From positions 1 to 64,000 of the forward strand of contig JBCBZT010000008.1 in NCBI GenBank assembly GCA_039815185.1: a stretch of DNA of 64,000 nucleotides. The letters run 5' to 3'. Numbering within the stretch: position 1 is the stretch's first letter; the number at the start of each line of letters is the position of its first letter. Both the position numbers and the translations under genes were made by a program. Positions 28,503-37,798 of the stretch are shown here, piece by piece. A model generated the notes under the pieces. The model was not told where the DNA came from, did not search any database, and worked only from the letters and a program-made list of their open reading frames with translations. Source of the DNA: Cyanobacteria bacterium P01_A01_bin.123 (GTDB taxonomy: Bacteria; Cyanobacteriota; Cyanobacteriia; Phormidesmidales; Phormidesmidaceae).

Positions 28503-31103
28503 CTATAGTCTCGGATCAACCGGCTCACTCTCCAACGCCAAAACCCCAAACACACACTCATGCACCTCCCGCAGTGGTGCCCGCCTGGCAAACCGCTCCA
28601 ACGCCTCAATCCCCAAAGCAAATTCTCGCAGGGCCAGCGATCGCTTGCGAGATAAGCCCCGATAACGCAACCGCTGCAAATGTTCGGGCAACGAATACTC
28701 CGGCCCGTAGATAATCCGCAAATACTCAGCCCCCCGACATTTCACCGCAGGCTGCACCAATCCCTTTTGGGTCTGGCGAATAAAATCCATCGACTTCACC
28801 ACCATCCCTTCGCCCCCCGCAGCCGTCAGCGCTTCCCACCAACTAATCCCCGCTGCACAACTCGCCTCATTATTGACATCAATGACTTTGTACTGAGTCG
28901 CCAACAGCAATTCAGCATCTGCACGGGCAACCCGCGCAATCTGCTGCATGTGCCAATCATGGGTTTTATCCGTATGCACCTGACCCTCCGTTGCCAAAAT
29001 GTGGAACGGCGCTAACTTCAAGTCTGACAGCGCCGCCACGGGCCAACAGTAGCGACGATAGGCCGCCACATACTGCTGCGCTAAATCCGATCGCTGCTGG
29101 TATTGATCTAGCAGTACGCTGACATCCACCCCGCGATCGCTGGCCTGCTGCAAACATCCCACCGCTGCCCCTAGCCCCTGCCGAGCCGCTGCTCCCACAG
29201 GCGCATATTGCTGCTTTAACAACCCCTGGGCCTTAGCCGACCAGGGCATCAGTTCACAATCCAGACAAACCCAATCGGTGGAAAACGTCTCCCAAAACCC
29301 AGTTTGAGTCAACGCCTGATTGAGCCGGGTGAGCAATGCCGCTTCCAGCTCTGGGTTATCAAAAAAGCGTCGCCCGGTGCGGGTGTAGCAGATCCCCAGG
29401 CTATCGTCTGGAATGCCAAATCGACTTTGGGGCACCGTTTGATCGCGACAGACAATCACCACGACCCGTGAGCCCATGTGTTTTTCTTCGCAGACGACCG
29501 TCTCAATCCCCAGCTTCCGATAATAGGCAAACGCCTCCGCCGGATGTTCCAACAGCCCCGGCAAGCTTGAAGTAGCCACGGGCGACATGGTCGGCGGCAG
29601 ATAAATCAGCCATTTGGAATTGGCTGCAAACCGACTCATGACTTCTAAGGCTGCGATCGCGTTTTCCTCGCGAATCGTGATGTTGTGCTGGAGCCGAGTT
29701 GAAATCAGTCGCTTGCCCAACACATCGGCAATATCGAGCACATCATCATGCTGCTGCTGGGCCGTCAGGCCATTGGCGTCATCAACTGGGGGCGCTTCTA
29801 AAGGTTTAGCGGGTTCGCAGTAAACCTGGGCGGCTTCAACGCCAACCAACGCCCGTTCGGGATAGCGCAACGCCGTCAGCTTGCCGCCAAACACGCAACC
29901 CGTATCAATATCAATCGTGTTGTTCAACCACTCCGCTTCCACCACAGGTGTATGGCCATAGACCACCATCGCCTTACCCCGATATTCCGCCGCCCACTCA
30001 TACCTTACGGGCAAGCCAAATTCGTCGATTTCACCTGTTGTTTCGCCATAGAGCGCAAAGCTTCGCACATAGGACGATCCACGCCCCTGCAACTCTTCGC
30101 GCAACCCGGCATGGGCCACCACAAGCCGTCCGTCATCCAGCACATAGTGGCTAATCAACGATTTCAAAAAGGTATGGATTTCATCGGTATGGTGCGATCG
30201 CACATCCTCCGGCATGGTCTCAATCTCAGCCACCGTTTGCTCTAGACCATGGTTAATCTTCACCTTCTTGCCGTTGAGCTGACGCATCAACTTGTTTTCG
30301 TGGTTACCCAAAATGCACAGCGCTGACCCCACCGCCATCATGTTATGAACCAGCTTCAGCGTGTCTAAAATGCGAGGCCCGCGATCGACCAAATCTCCCA
30401 AAAACAGAGCCCTGCGACCTTCAGGATGGGTGTAGGTGGGAAAGTGCCAAAAGGGGTCAGCCCCATGGGTCTCTCCCTGGGTCGTAGCCTGGTAACCCAA
30501 TTGCTGGAGGAGTTGCTCTAGCTCATCACAGCAGCCATGCACATCCCCGATAATGTCGAAGGGGCCATGATCCTGCTTGCGGTTATTCCACAGCGGTTGC
30601 CGCTCAATCTCAACCGCAGCGATTTCTTCTAGGGAGGAAAGCCTGTAGATAAAGCGAAACCCTTCACGTTTCAGGCCTTTCAGCGATCGCTTGAGATTGC
30701 GCACATGGCGGCGCACTACGTGGGGACCAAACTGTCGATCGGGGCGTTGCTGGTTGCGGTCATGGCAGACGGCTTCGGGTAAATCCAGTGCGATCGCGAC
30801 GGCAAAGCAATGGTACTGTCGCGCCAGATTTAACAACGGTTTACGATCTTCGGGCCGAATGTTGGTGGCATCGACCACCGTCAATCGCCCTGCCGCTAAG
30901 CGCTTCGCCGCAATATAGTGCAGTACGTCAAAGGCATCCCCAGTCGCCGCCTGGCTATTTTCATCGTCAGACACCAGTCCCCGGCAGTAGTCTGACGACA
31001 AGATCTCCGTGGGTTTGAAGTGGGTGCGGGCAAAGGTGGATTTACCCGAGCCTGATGCCCCGATGAGGACGACTAGCGATAATTCAGGAAAGGTCAGTTT
31101 CAT
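28503..31103 (-). CDS. pnkp: Polynucleotide kinase-phosphatase-ligase (bacterial Pnkp)
   Basis: Kinase GASGSGKS; metallophosphoesterase GDVHG/GDLVDRG/GNHE; ligase CEEKHMGSR, EGMVVK, VKCRG. Confidence 0.96.
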   Translation of the reverse strand: MKLTFPELSLVVLIGASGSGKSTFARTHFKPTEILSSDYCRGLVSDDENSQAATGDAFDVLHYIAAKRLAAGRLTVVDATNIRPEDRKPLLNLARQYHCFAVAIALDLPEAVCHDRNQQRPDRQFGPHVVRRHVRNLKRSLKGLKREGFRFIYRLSSLEEIAAVEIERQPLWNNRKQDHGPFDIIGDVHGCCDELEQLLQQLGYQATTQGETHGADPFWHFPTYTHPEGRRALFLGDLVDRGPRILDTLKLVHNMMAVGSALCILGNHENKLMRQLNGKKVKINHGLEQTVAEIETMPEDVRSHHTDEIHTFLKSLISHYVLDDGRLVVAHAGLREELQGRGSSYVRSFALYGETTGEIDEFGLPVRYEWAAEYRGKAMVVYGHTPVVEAEWLNNTIDIDTGCVFGGKLTALRYPERALVGVEAAQVYCEPAKPLEAPPVDDANGLTAQQQHDDVLDIADVLGKRLISTRLQHNITIREENAIAALEVMSRFAANSKWLIYLPPTMSPVATSSLPGLLEHPAEAFAYYRKLGIETVVCEEKHMGSRVVVIVCRDQTVPQSRFGIPDDSLGICYTRTGRRFFDNPELEAALLTRLNQALTQTGFWETFSTDWVCLDCELMPWSAKAQGLLKQQYAPVGAAARQGLGAAVGCLQQASDRGVDVSVLLDQYQQRSDLAQQYVAAYRRYCWPVAALSDLKLAPFHILATEGQVHTDKTHDWHMQQIARVARADAELLLATQYKVIDVNNEASCAAGISWWEALTAAGGEGMVVKSMDFIRQTQKGLVQPAVKCRGAEYLRIIYGPEYSLPEHLQRLRYRGLSRKRSLALREFALGIEALERFARRAPLREVHECVFGVLALESEPVDPRL

Positions 31104-31385
31104 GGTTGGTGGGGGATGGCTCGATTAATACGACTCGGAATATCTAGGCTGTAGTGTTCTTCAGTGCGGATATGCTGGAGTTCGGTACAAACGACGCAAT
31201 TCGTGTGTTTACCACTCTAGTCATTAGCCATGCCAACCCACCACCGATTAACCTATGTATAGCGGTAGCCACATAGCTTTGTGTGCTGCTCCAAGCTAGA
31301 TTGCTTGTGGACTAAGCATCTTGGCAATACTCGGTGCATTAAGCAATCTGGCCAGCGCCATAACATGGGGGATTCTGAGGAAGCC

Positions 31386-31664
31386 ATGAATACTCAACTC
31401 GTCAACTCCATCATCCAGGTTGTCCGCGCCCTGCCTAATGAGGAACAAACCTTCCTAATCGAAACTCTCAATCGACTCTTCCAACAAAAGCTGGATAGTG
31501 AGGCCGCGATCGCAACCGCTCCAGCTAAAACACGGCCAACTCATTCCACTGAGACTCTCACAACCGATGATGTGTGGGACATTTGGCAATCTCTGGGAGA
31601 CGAAGCCGTACAGGGCAAGCTAGAAAATACCTCTACTCAACATGACCGCTACTTATTCTGCTAA
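31386..31664 (+). CDS. Hypothetical, antitoxin-like protein
   Basis: GAGG RBS; MNTQLVNSIIQVVRALP...STQHDRYL; convergent overlap with thg1. Confidence 0.6.
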   Translation: MNTQLVNSIIQVVRALPNEEQTFLIETLNRLFQQKLDSEAAIATAPAKTRPTHSTETLTTDDVWDIWQSLGDEAVQGKLENTSTQHDRYLFC

Positions 31665-32414
31665 TGAGAGATCCGCAATCTGAGCGATGAGCTCCCGATA
31701 GTCTGACTTCATGGGGAGTTCTTCATCAATTTTGACCCGACGGCGCTGGGTCGTCACCGCTTCCTGCTGCATGGGATTATAGCCTTGCTTGGTGTACTGT
31801 TCCCAATACAAGCCTGTTCCCCGGCGTTGCCACAGCGGCAGATCGTTAAAGTTGATGCCGTTTTGAAACAGCAATTCGTTCTTAAAGGTCGTTGATTGAT
31901 GCTCAAGTTCTGTTGTAGCTTGGCTGGCGCTTTTACCCAATTTTCGTAATGTCCAGTAGCACCAGCCATTTAATGCACAGCGGGTTGCATCTGCTTGCCG
32001 CCAGCTAAAGTAGTCCACCACTTGCGGCTGGTGTGCGCTTAGCCAAACACGGCTGTCAAACTGGGCAATTGTGCCAGCGACGTGCGTAAACGTGGCACTG
32101 GCAATGCTGGCTGAGATGGAGACAATTTTCTCTAAGCTGCGATCGAAGAAATCCCAATTTAAGGGAAACAGCACCGAGATTTCATCGCTTTCGGTGTAGG
32201 CGTAGATGCCTTGCATTTCAGTCAATAGGGACTGGGCAGTCTGCACCATGAAGTCATGAAATTTTAGATCAAATGGCTTTTCAAAGCGAGATTCGGTGAA
32301 GCGAGAAAAGCTGCGTCCATCTACCCGGATAACAACCCAAGTGCCCGGTAGCAGGCGCTGATTGTGGAAGTATTCTAACTCCCGCATGCGATTTTCAAAG
32401 CTTTGGCTATCCAT
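31653..32414 (-). CDS. thg1: Thg1-like protein (tRNA(His) guanylyltransferase / 3'-5' polymerase)
   Basis: IRVDGRSFSRF, YTESDEIS, FDSR, YFSWRQAD, GINFNDLPLWQRRG. Confidence 0.93.
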   Translation of the reverse strand: MDSQSFENRMRELEYFHNQRLLPGTWVVIRVDGRSFSRFTESRFEKPFDLKFHDFMVQTAQSLLTEMQGIYAYTESDEISVLFPLNWDFFDRSLEKIVSISASIASATFTHVAGTIAQFDSRVWLSAHQPQVVDYFSWRQADATRCALNGWCYWTLRKLGKSASQATTELEHQSTTFKNELLFQNGINFNDLPLWQRRGTGLYWEQYTKQGYNPMQQEAVTTQRRRVKIDEELPMKSDYRELIAQIADLSLAE

Positions 32415-32877
32415 CGTTTATATCCTCTTGCCATGCCTGAACTCTGAATGTGTTACCAGCCGCGATCGCGACATGAAATAATCGGTCAAATCCCTCTGCA
32501 TAGGTCGGCTTTACGAGTTTTTTGATCGTGGCGTATAAGCCAACTTCAGGTATTTTGGCTTTTCCCGCCCGCTGTTGATTTCGATCCAGGCACTTGCTCA
32601 GCGTAGATTCAAAGTAATACCCAATGATCTCCGCCCCATATTGTTGACCCTGCTGAATCAAATCGGCCCGTTCTGCAACCGTAGGGTTGGTGTTATCAAC
32701 AACAACAGATTGTCCCGCTGCGAGTGCTTCGACTAAGAGCTGTGATTGACGGCGTCTGCGATTTTTGTTGTTTCGCATCAAGTCTTTACTGATATGGACG
32801 TGGGTATTAGCAAAACGGGTCTGAAAAAATGTGCTTTTTCCAGAAGCCTGTAAGCCAATTAAAATAACCAGTTCCAT
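32407..32877 (-). CDS. Stand-alone P-loop kinase (AAA_33, polynucleotide-kinase-like)
   Basis: ILIGLQASGKST, VVVDNTN, RNQQR, EGFD; stop codon overlaps the thg1 start region. Confidence 0.85.
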   Translation of the reverse strand: MELVILIGLQASGKSTFFQTRFANTHVHISKDLMRNNKNRRRRQSQLLVEALAAGQSVVVDNTNPTVAERADLIQQGQQYGAEIIGYYFESTLSKCLDRNQQRAGKAKIPEVGLYATIKKLVKPTYAEGFDRLFHVAIAAGNTFRVQAWQEDINDG

Positions 32878-32881
32878 TAAG

Positions 32882-34288
32882 TTACTGTTCCCGTGTGAAC
32901 AGACCCATTTGTGTTGGAGTCCCGACCTCTGGGTCATCATCACCAATGCCTTCAAACGCGACAGTGTACCCAAATCGCTCAGCTACCTGATTTGCCCAAA
33001 CCTGAAATTCGCCCCTTGTCCATTCAAAGCGATGGTCGCGGTGGCGTAGTTTACCCGTGGGCAAGCCCTCAAACCGGACGTTGTACTCAACATTTGGCGT
33101 GGTGACGATCACCGTTTGCGGTTGGGCAAATTCAAAGATCACCCGTTCCAAAGCGGCTAGCCGATCGAGATCTAGGTGCTCAATCACTTCCACGAGGGTA
33201 GCGGCGTCATAGCCCCGTAGACGCTCGTCTCGGTAAATCAAAGACCCTTGCATGAGCTGTACCCGCCCCTGCTGATGGGTCGGCAGTTCGTCAAGCCGCA
33301 ATCGCTCTTTAGCAATTTCCAAAGACCGATAAGACACATCGACCCCGGTTAATTGCTGAAACGATTTGTCTTTGAGCAGCGATCGCAGCAGTTTGCCCTC
33401 TCCACACCCCAAATCAATCACCCGCTGGGCCTGATGAGTTTTCAATGCTTGGGTGACCGCCGCTAAGCGCTGCTGGTTGAGGCTCAGGGGTTGTTCGATC
33501 GCTGTTTCTTCTTCAGCATGGGCTGTTTCTGCGCCATCTGGATCGGGTTCATCCCCTTCGGCTAACTGGGCCAAAGCAATGCGGGTGAGTCGTCGTCTGC
33601 GTTTGAGCGATCGCTGCGTGATTTTATCTCTCAGGGGATGGGTGCTGAGCCAACCTTCCCCGTGACGCAGCAGCTTTTCAATTTCTTCTTCACCCACCCA
33701 ATAGTGTTTGTCATCATCTAACACCGGAATCAACACATAGAGATGGCTGAGTAAGTCAGCAAGGCGAACCGTATGGTACAGCGTGGCAGACATGTAGACA
33801 CTGTCCTGCCAATCCGGGAAGGTTTCATCTAGCGGCAGCGATCGCCCCTCAACTTGATAGCCCAACGGTTCAAAGAGCTGACGCAAAAACGCTTCACCCC
33901 CCCGACAAGGCAAAACTGGGAGGGTCACCGTCAGGGGAATGGGGGTTTCTACCAGCGCTGGACGATCCTTACATCGTCCCCCCAGCGCAGTTCCAAAGAT
34001 TCTGGAGATGGCCACACTGAGAAAAGAAGACGCCACATAGGGGCGATCGTTGACGTAGTGATCTAGGGTTTGGTCTTGACGTATCGATGCAGACTTACCC
34101 CGAACCAAGCCAATCGGATCAACCTCCAACATCAATGCTGCCGTGCACCGATCGGTGTGGGCTTCTGGATAAAACACATGGGCCTGTCCAAACGCCATCG
34201 GAAAAGACTGACAGCGATCAGGATGCTTATGGAGCAAATAGCCCAGGTCAGTGGCGGGCTGATGGGTTGTTGTAATGGTCAATAGCAT
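32882..34288 (-). CDS. hen1: 3'-terminal RNA ribose 2'-O-methyltransferase Hen1
   Basis: PATDLGYLLHKHP, YVNDRPY, DLGCGEG, EVIEH, TTPN.EYN, RHRDHRFEWTR. Confidence 0.96.
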   Translation of the reverse strand: MLLTITTTHQPATDLGYLLHKHPDRCQSFPMAFGQAHVFYPEAHTDRCTAALMLEVDPIGLVRGKSASIRQDQTLDHYVNDRPYVASSFLSVAISRIFGTALGGRCKDRPALVETPIPLTVTLPVLPCRGGEAFLRQLFEPLGYQVEGRSLPLDETFPDWQDSVYMSATLYHTVRLADLLSHLYVLIPVLDDDKHYWVGEEEIEKLLRHGEGWLSTHPLRDKITQRSLKRRRRLTRIALAQLAEGDEPDPDGAETAHAEEETAIEQPLSLNQQRLAAVTQALKTHQAQRVIDLGCGEGKLLRSLLKDKSFQQLTGVDVSYRSLEIAKERLRLDELPTHQQGRVQLMQGSLIYRDERLRGYDAATLVEVIEHLDLDRLAALERVIFEFAQPQTVIVTTPNVEYNVRFEGLPTGKLRHRDHRFEWTRGEFQVWANQVAERFGYTVAFEGIGDDDPEVGTPTQMGLFTREQ

Positions 34289-34390
34289 TGGGGGCAGCCA
34301 CTAAGCTAACGAGTCATTAACTACACGGCACCGAACCATTTCTCCTGACGAGCCTCCGCAATGACAAGCAAAAACGCGATCAAAAAAACA

Positions 34391-34406
34391 TTGACCGATT
34401 GGTTTA
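34391..34406. promoter_or_regulatory. NemR-like TetR operator; second copy at 35061-35076
   Basis: TTGACCGATTGGTTTA before tetR and TAGACCAATCGTTCAA before the SDR. Confidence 0.6.
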
Positions 34407-34451
34407 GGTTGTGTTAGTCTTCAATCATGGTTAAACACCAGGAAGGTTCAA

Positions 34452-35042
34452 ATGACTCGCGGTCCTGAAAAGCAATTCGATACCGAAGTCGCCCTGACTA
34501 AGGCAATGGAAGTATTTTGGGCCCACGGCTACGAAGCCGCCAGCCTATCTGAACTGCTCAAAAACATGGGGATTGGTAAAAAAAGCTTGTATGACACCTT
34601 TGGCAACAAGCAATCGCTTTTCCTCAAAGCGTTAGAGCACTATGGTCACACCACCCTCCGGGATATTCGCGATCGCCTCCTGGCAGACGGCTCACCCTTG
34701 GCCAATCTGAAGCAAGTGCTTCTGGACTGGCAAGAGATGCACAGCCAACTGGGGAGTTCTGGCTGTATGCTCGGCACCAATATTGCCGATTTCAATACAG
34801 ATGACGAGGCGATCGCCAAAGTCATGCGGGGCTATCTGCAACAGGTCGAAGACCTCTTCTGCAAGGTCCTGATCCAGGCCCAAGCTGCAGGAGAAGTCAA
34901 CTCAACCCCCGATCCGCGAAGTCTGGCTCAGTTATTACTCTGTACCACACAGGGTATGGCCCTGCTAGGCCGCGTGATGGATGACGACACCACCTTAAAG
35001 GGAACCGTTCAGGCAGCCTTATCTCTTTTAGAACGCGCTTAA
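34452..35042 (+). CDS. TetR/AcrR family regulator (NemR-like)
   Basis: FWAHGYEAAS...SLYDTFGNK; GCMLG. Confidence 0.92.
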   Translation: MTRGPEKQFDTEVALTKAMEVFWAHGYEAASLSELLKNMGIGKKSLYDTFGNKQSLFLKALEHYGHTTLRDIRDRLLADGSPLANLKQVLLDWQEMHSQLGSSGCMLGTNIADFNTDDEAIAKVMRGYLQQVEDLFCKVLIQAQAAGEVNSTPDPRSLAQLLLCTTQGMALLGRVMDDDTTLKGTVQAALSLLERA

Positions 35043-35117
35043 ATTTTTTTTGCGCAAACCTAGACCAATCGTTCAAAGTTTTAACCACATCTGATTTACA
35101 ACCTTGGAGGTATTCCC

Positions 35118-35855
35118 ATGGCCCGTCTACAAAACAAAACCGCTGTCGTCACCGGTGGCACCACAGGTATCGGTTTTGAATCTGCAAAACTATTCATTGC
35201 CGAAGGCGCACGGGTGATCATCACAGGCCGCAACGAGGCCCGTCTGGCTGAAGCCGTTGAGTCACTGGGTGCTAACGCTATCGGGGTTAAAGCCGATGTG
35301 CAATCTTTGGCGGATATCGACCAGCTTGTCACGAGAGTCCAAGCAGAGTTTGGTGAACTCGATATTCTGTTTGCCAATGCTGGGGTCGCCAAACGAGCCT
35401 TACTGCGGGACGTGACGGAAGCTGACTTTGATCAGGAAATCACGATTAATCTCAAGGGCGTGTTCTTTACGGTGCAAAAGCTAGAGCCACTGATGAAAAA
35501 CGGTAGCAGCGTGATCTTGAACACGACCACCCTAGCTCAGACGGCATTACCCGGTGAAGGTGTCTACTCAGCCTCGAAAGCAGCCGTGCGATCGCTGGCC
35601 CGTTCCTTCAGTCTGGAACTGCTGGATCGTCAAATTCGAGTCAATGCCGTTGCTCCAGGCGCGATCGAAACCCCCATTTGGTCAAAAATGGAGCTGCCCC
35701 CAGAGGTGGCAGAGCATGTGCTATCTCGGGCTCCGATTGGGCGTTTTGGCAAACCCGAGGAAATTGCCAAAGTGGTGCTGTTTCTGGCCAGTGATGACTC
35801 GTCTTACATGCTGGGTGAAGAAATTTTGATTGATGGGGGTTGGGCAACGCTGTAA
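35118..35855 (+). CDS. SDR family oxidoreductase
   Basis: TGGTTGIG, FANAG, YSASK. Confidence 0.92.
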   Translation: MARLQNKTAVVTGGTTGIGFESAKLFIAEGARVIITGRNEARLAEAVESLGANAIGVKADVQSLADIDQLVTRVQAEFGELDILFANAGVAKRALLRDVTEADFDQEITINLKGVFFTVQKLEPLMKNGSSVILNTTTLAQTALPGEGVYSASKAAVRSLARSFSLELLDRQIRVNAVAPGAIETPIWSKMELPPEVAEHVLSRAPIGRFGKPEEIAKVVLFLASDDSSYMLGEEILIDGGWATL

Positions 35856-36028
35856 TGCCTTTTCCCGTAGTTTTAGTTCAAATCAGCAAATCTAGAGCAT
35901 TTCAAAGTTCCAAATTAGCAGAGAAGGATTAGCCCACCTCCCTTTCTCTGCCAACGTATAGCTCGCAGGTCGCTCTTAGTGATTTATCAGTTTCCGTCAG
36001 AAAATCTGAAAACTTGAGGATATTTATC

Positions 36029-36466
36029 ATGACAAGCACTCGCAAAATGGAAATTGGCCTAGCAACAATTCGGCTCACCACAGCCGCTTTCTTCTTAGTC
36101 TGGTCAATTGAAAAAATTGTCGCACCCGAAATCGCCCAAAAAGTCTTCGCTCGTTTCTATGCTTCGACGATATCCCATAGCGTTTCAATCAGCATCGGCA
36201 TTCTTCAAACTGCGATTGTGTTGCTATTTGCAGTCGGCTTATTCAAACTGTGGACCTATGGCGCTCTGCTTGGGATGCACGCGATTTCTACCCTGGCTTC
36301 TTATGAACCGTTGCTCAACCCGTACACACCCCCTAATCACCTATTCTGGGCTGCAGTTCCGACACTTGGTGCGCTAATTGCTTTGTTTCTCATGCGAAAA
36401 GAAGACCAGCTTTTGACTTTTTCAAGAGCCGCAAGATCTACCCCTAATAAAGTCAACACGATCTAA
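36029..36466 (+). CDS. DoxX-like membrane protein
   Basis: Four hydrophobic segments; FFLVWSIEK, LGMHAISTL, LFWAAVP. Confidence 0.65.
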   Translation: MTSTRKMEIGLATIRLTTAAFFLVWSIEKIVAPEIAQKVFARFYASTISHSVSISIGILQTAIVLLFAVGLFKLWTYGALLGMHAISTLASYEPLLNPYTPPNHLFWAAVPTLGALIALFLMRKEDQLLTFSRAARSTPNKVNTI

Positions 36467-36501
36467 AGGTCTCAACCTAAAGCAAAGAGTTATCCCTCAA
36501 A

Positions 36502-36549
36502 TAGGAGCTAAGCGTTTGAATCGATTCTGATCTTGACGCTTAGCTTCTA
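36502..36549 (+). terminator. Stem-loop after the DoxX-like gene
   Basis: TAGGAGCTAAGCGT...ACGCTTAGCTTCTA. Confidence 0.5.
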
Positions 36550-36559
36550 TAGCGTGAAG

Positions 36560-36683
36560 CAACACTTCGGACAGTTTTTAATAGTCAACGAGAGAATGAG
36601 GGTTTCAGCCCTATCCTGAGGTAACCGAGCCAATGAGAAATCAGCGGTTTCAGCGCTTTCTCAGAAAATTGTCCGGACTATTG
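36560..36683. mobile_element. Putative 124-bp MITE / IS remnant
   Basis: Imperfect 19-bp terminal inverted repeats (CAACACTTCGGACAGTTTT vs CAATAGTCCGGACAATTTT, 15/19); flanks GTGAAG/GTGCAG. Confidence 0.5.
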
Positions 36684-36838
36684 GTGCAGATAATGGCTGA
36701 CAGCCACATCCAAACAAGGCCGTATCAGCACTTTCTTATCTCAGATTCATCGCTCACCCTGAGTCTTTGCTTTATAACGAAATGGTTATCAAAGCCTGAT
36801 TTTGGTTAGAGTGATCATTCGTCCAGGAGCTGACTGCA

Positions 36839-37051
36839 GTGTCTTTTCTGAAAAAATCTCTAATTACTGTAACGGTTCTCTATCTGCTCTACGTCCTGAA
36901 GTGGGCAGTGGGTATCGACATCTTTGCCGATTACCACGCGCCCAGGCTGGTTAAACTCCCTGCTGAAATCACCGTCTATGGGTTTCAGAGGCTAGGCTTT
37001 GATGTCGCTTTGCCGGGTCAAACTATGCTCGATCAGCCCCATAAAACCTAA
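36839..37051 (+). CDS. Small hypothetical membrane protein
   Basis: AGGAG RBS; one TM helix; KWAVGIDIF. Confidence 0.55.
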   Translation: MSFLKKSLITVTVLYLLYVLKWAVGIDIFADYHAPRLVKLPAEITVYGFQRLGFDVALPGQTMLDQPHKT

Positions 37052-37077
37052 TAAGCAAGCTGGCCAGCGCTATAGTT

Positions 37078-37677
37078 TCAGGATGATTTTTCAGGCCAGG
37101 CTGCGATCGCGAACTTCACCATCTGCCGCACCGCATCCGGGTTCTTTTGTGCCCGTGCCAGCACCGCCATTCCCTGGATGACGCCGTTATAAAACTGGGC
37201 CAACCCTCGAATATCCATTTCAGCGGGCAGGTCTCCATCGGTTAAGGCCCGCTGTAGTCGCTGGTAAATCATCGCTTCATTTTGATCATGGAGTTGGCGG
37301 ATGCGATCGCCGATCTTCCCTTGACGGGGCTGACAATCGACTGAGCTATTCACAATCAAGCAGCCCAGGCCATCCGACGTAATGTGATACTCAGCGATCT
37401 GCGTCAAGAAACCCGCGATCGCCTTTTTACCATCGGCCTCTTCTTCTAGGGCAGCTTGAGAACTCTGCACAGACTGGGTCCGATATCGTTCAAGCACTTT
37501 CAGAAAAAGCGTCTCTTTGTTCCCAAAAGCAGCATATAGGCTAGGCCGCTGAATACCCATCGCCTGAGTCAGCTCCTCTAGCGTTGTAGCCTCATACCCT
37601 TTGGCGTAAAACACCTGCACGGCTTGATCCAAGGCAGCATCAACATCAAATTCTCGCGGGCGACCCGTCTTTTTCAC
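37078..37677 (-). CDS. TetR/AcrR family regulator
   Basis: GRPREFD...PSLYAAFGNKE; GCLIV. Confidence 0.92.
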   Translation of the reverse strand: MKKTGRPREFDVDAALDQAVQVFYAKGYEATTLEELTQAMGIQRPSLYAAFGNKETLFLKVLERYRTQSVQSSQAALEEEADGKKAIAGFLTQIAEYHITSDGLGCLIVNSSVDCQPRQGKIGDRIRQLHDQNEAMIYQRLQRALTDGDLPAEMDIRGLAQFYNGVIQGMAVLARAQKNPDAVRQMVKFAIAAWPEKSS

Positions 37678-37698
37678 GGCTTAGTGCAAATCCAATGC

Positions 37699-37750
37699 TT
37701 GACTTTTATACTGTATGGTACATAATAATTTTATATCAAGCAGTACAGAA
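37699..37750 (+). promoter_or_regulatory. Promoter with two TetR-like operators
   Basis: TTGACT...CATAAT; TTATACTGTATGGTACATAA and TTATATCAAGCAGTACAGAA. Confidence 0.5.
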
Positions 37751-37798
37751 GTCTAATTGAGAACTTTGCACCCATTCATTTCAAAGGAGACCGCCATC

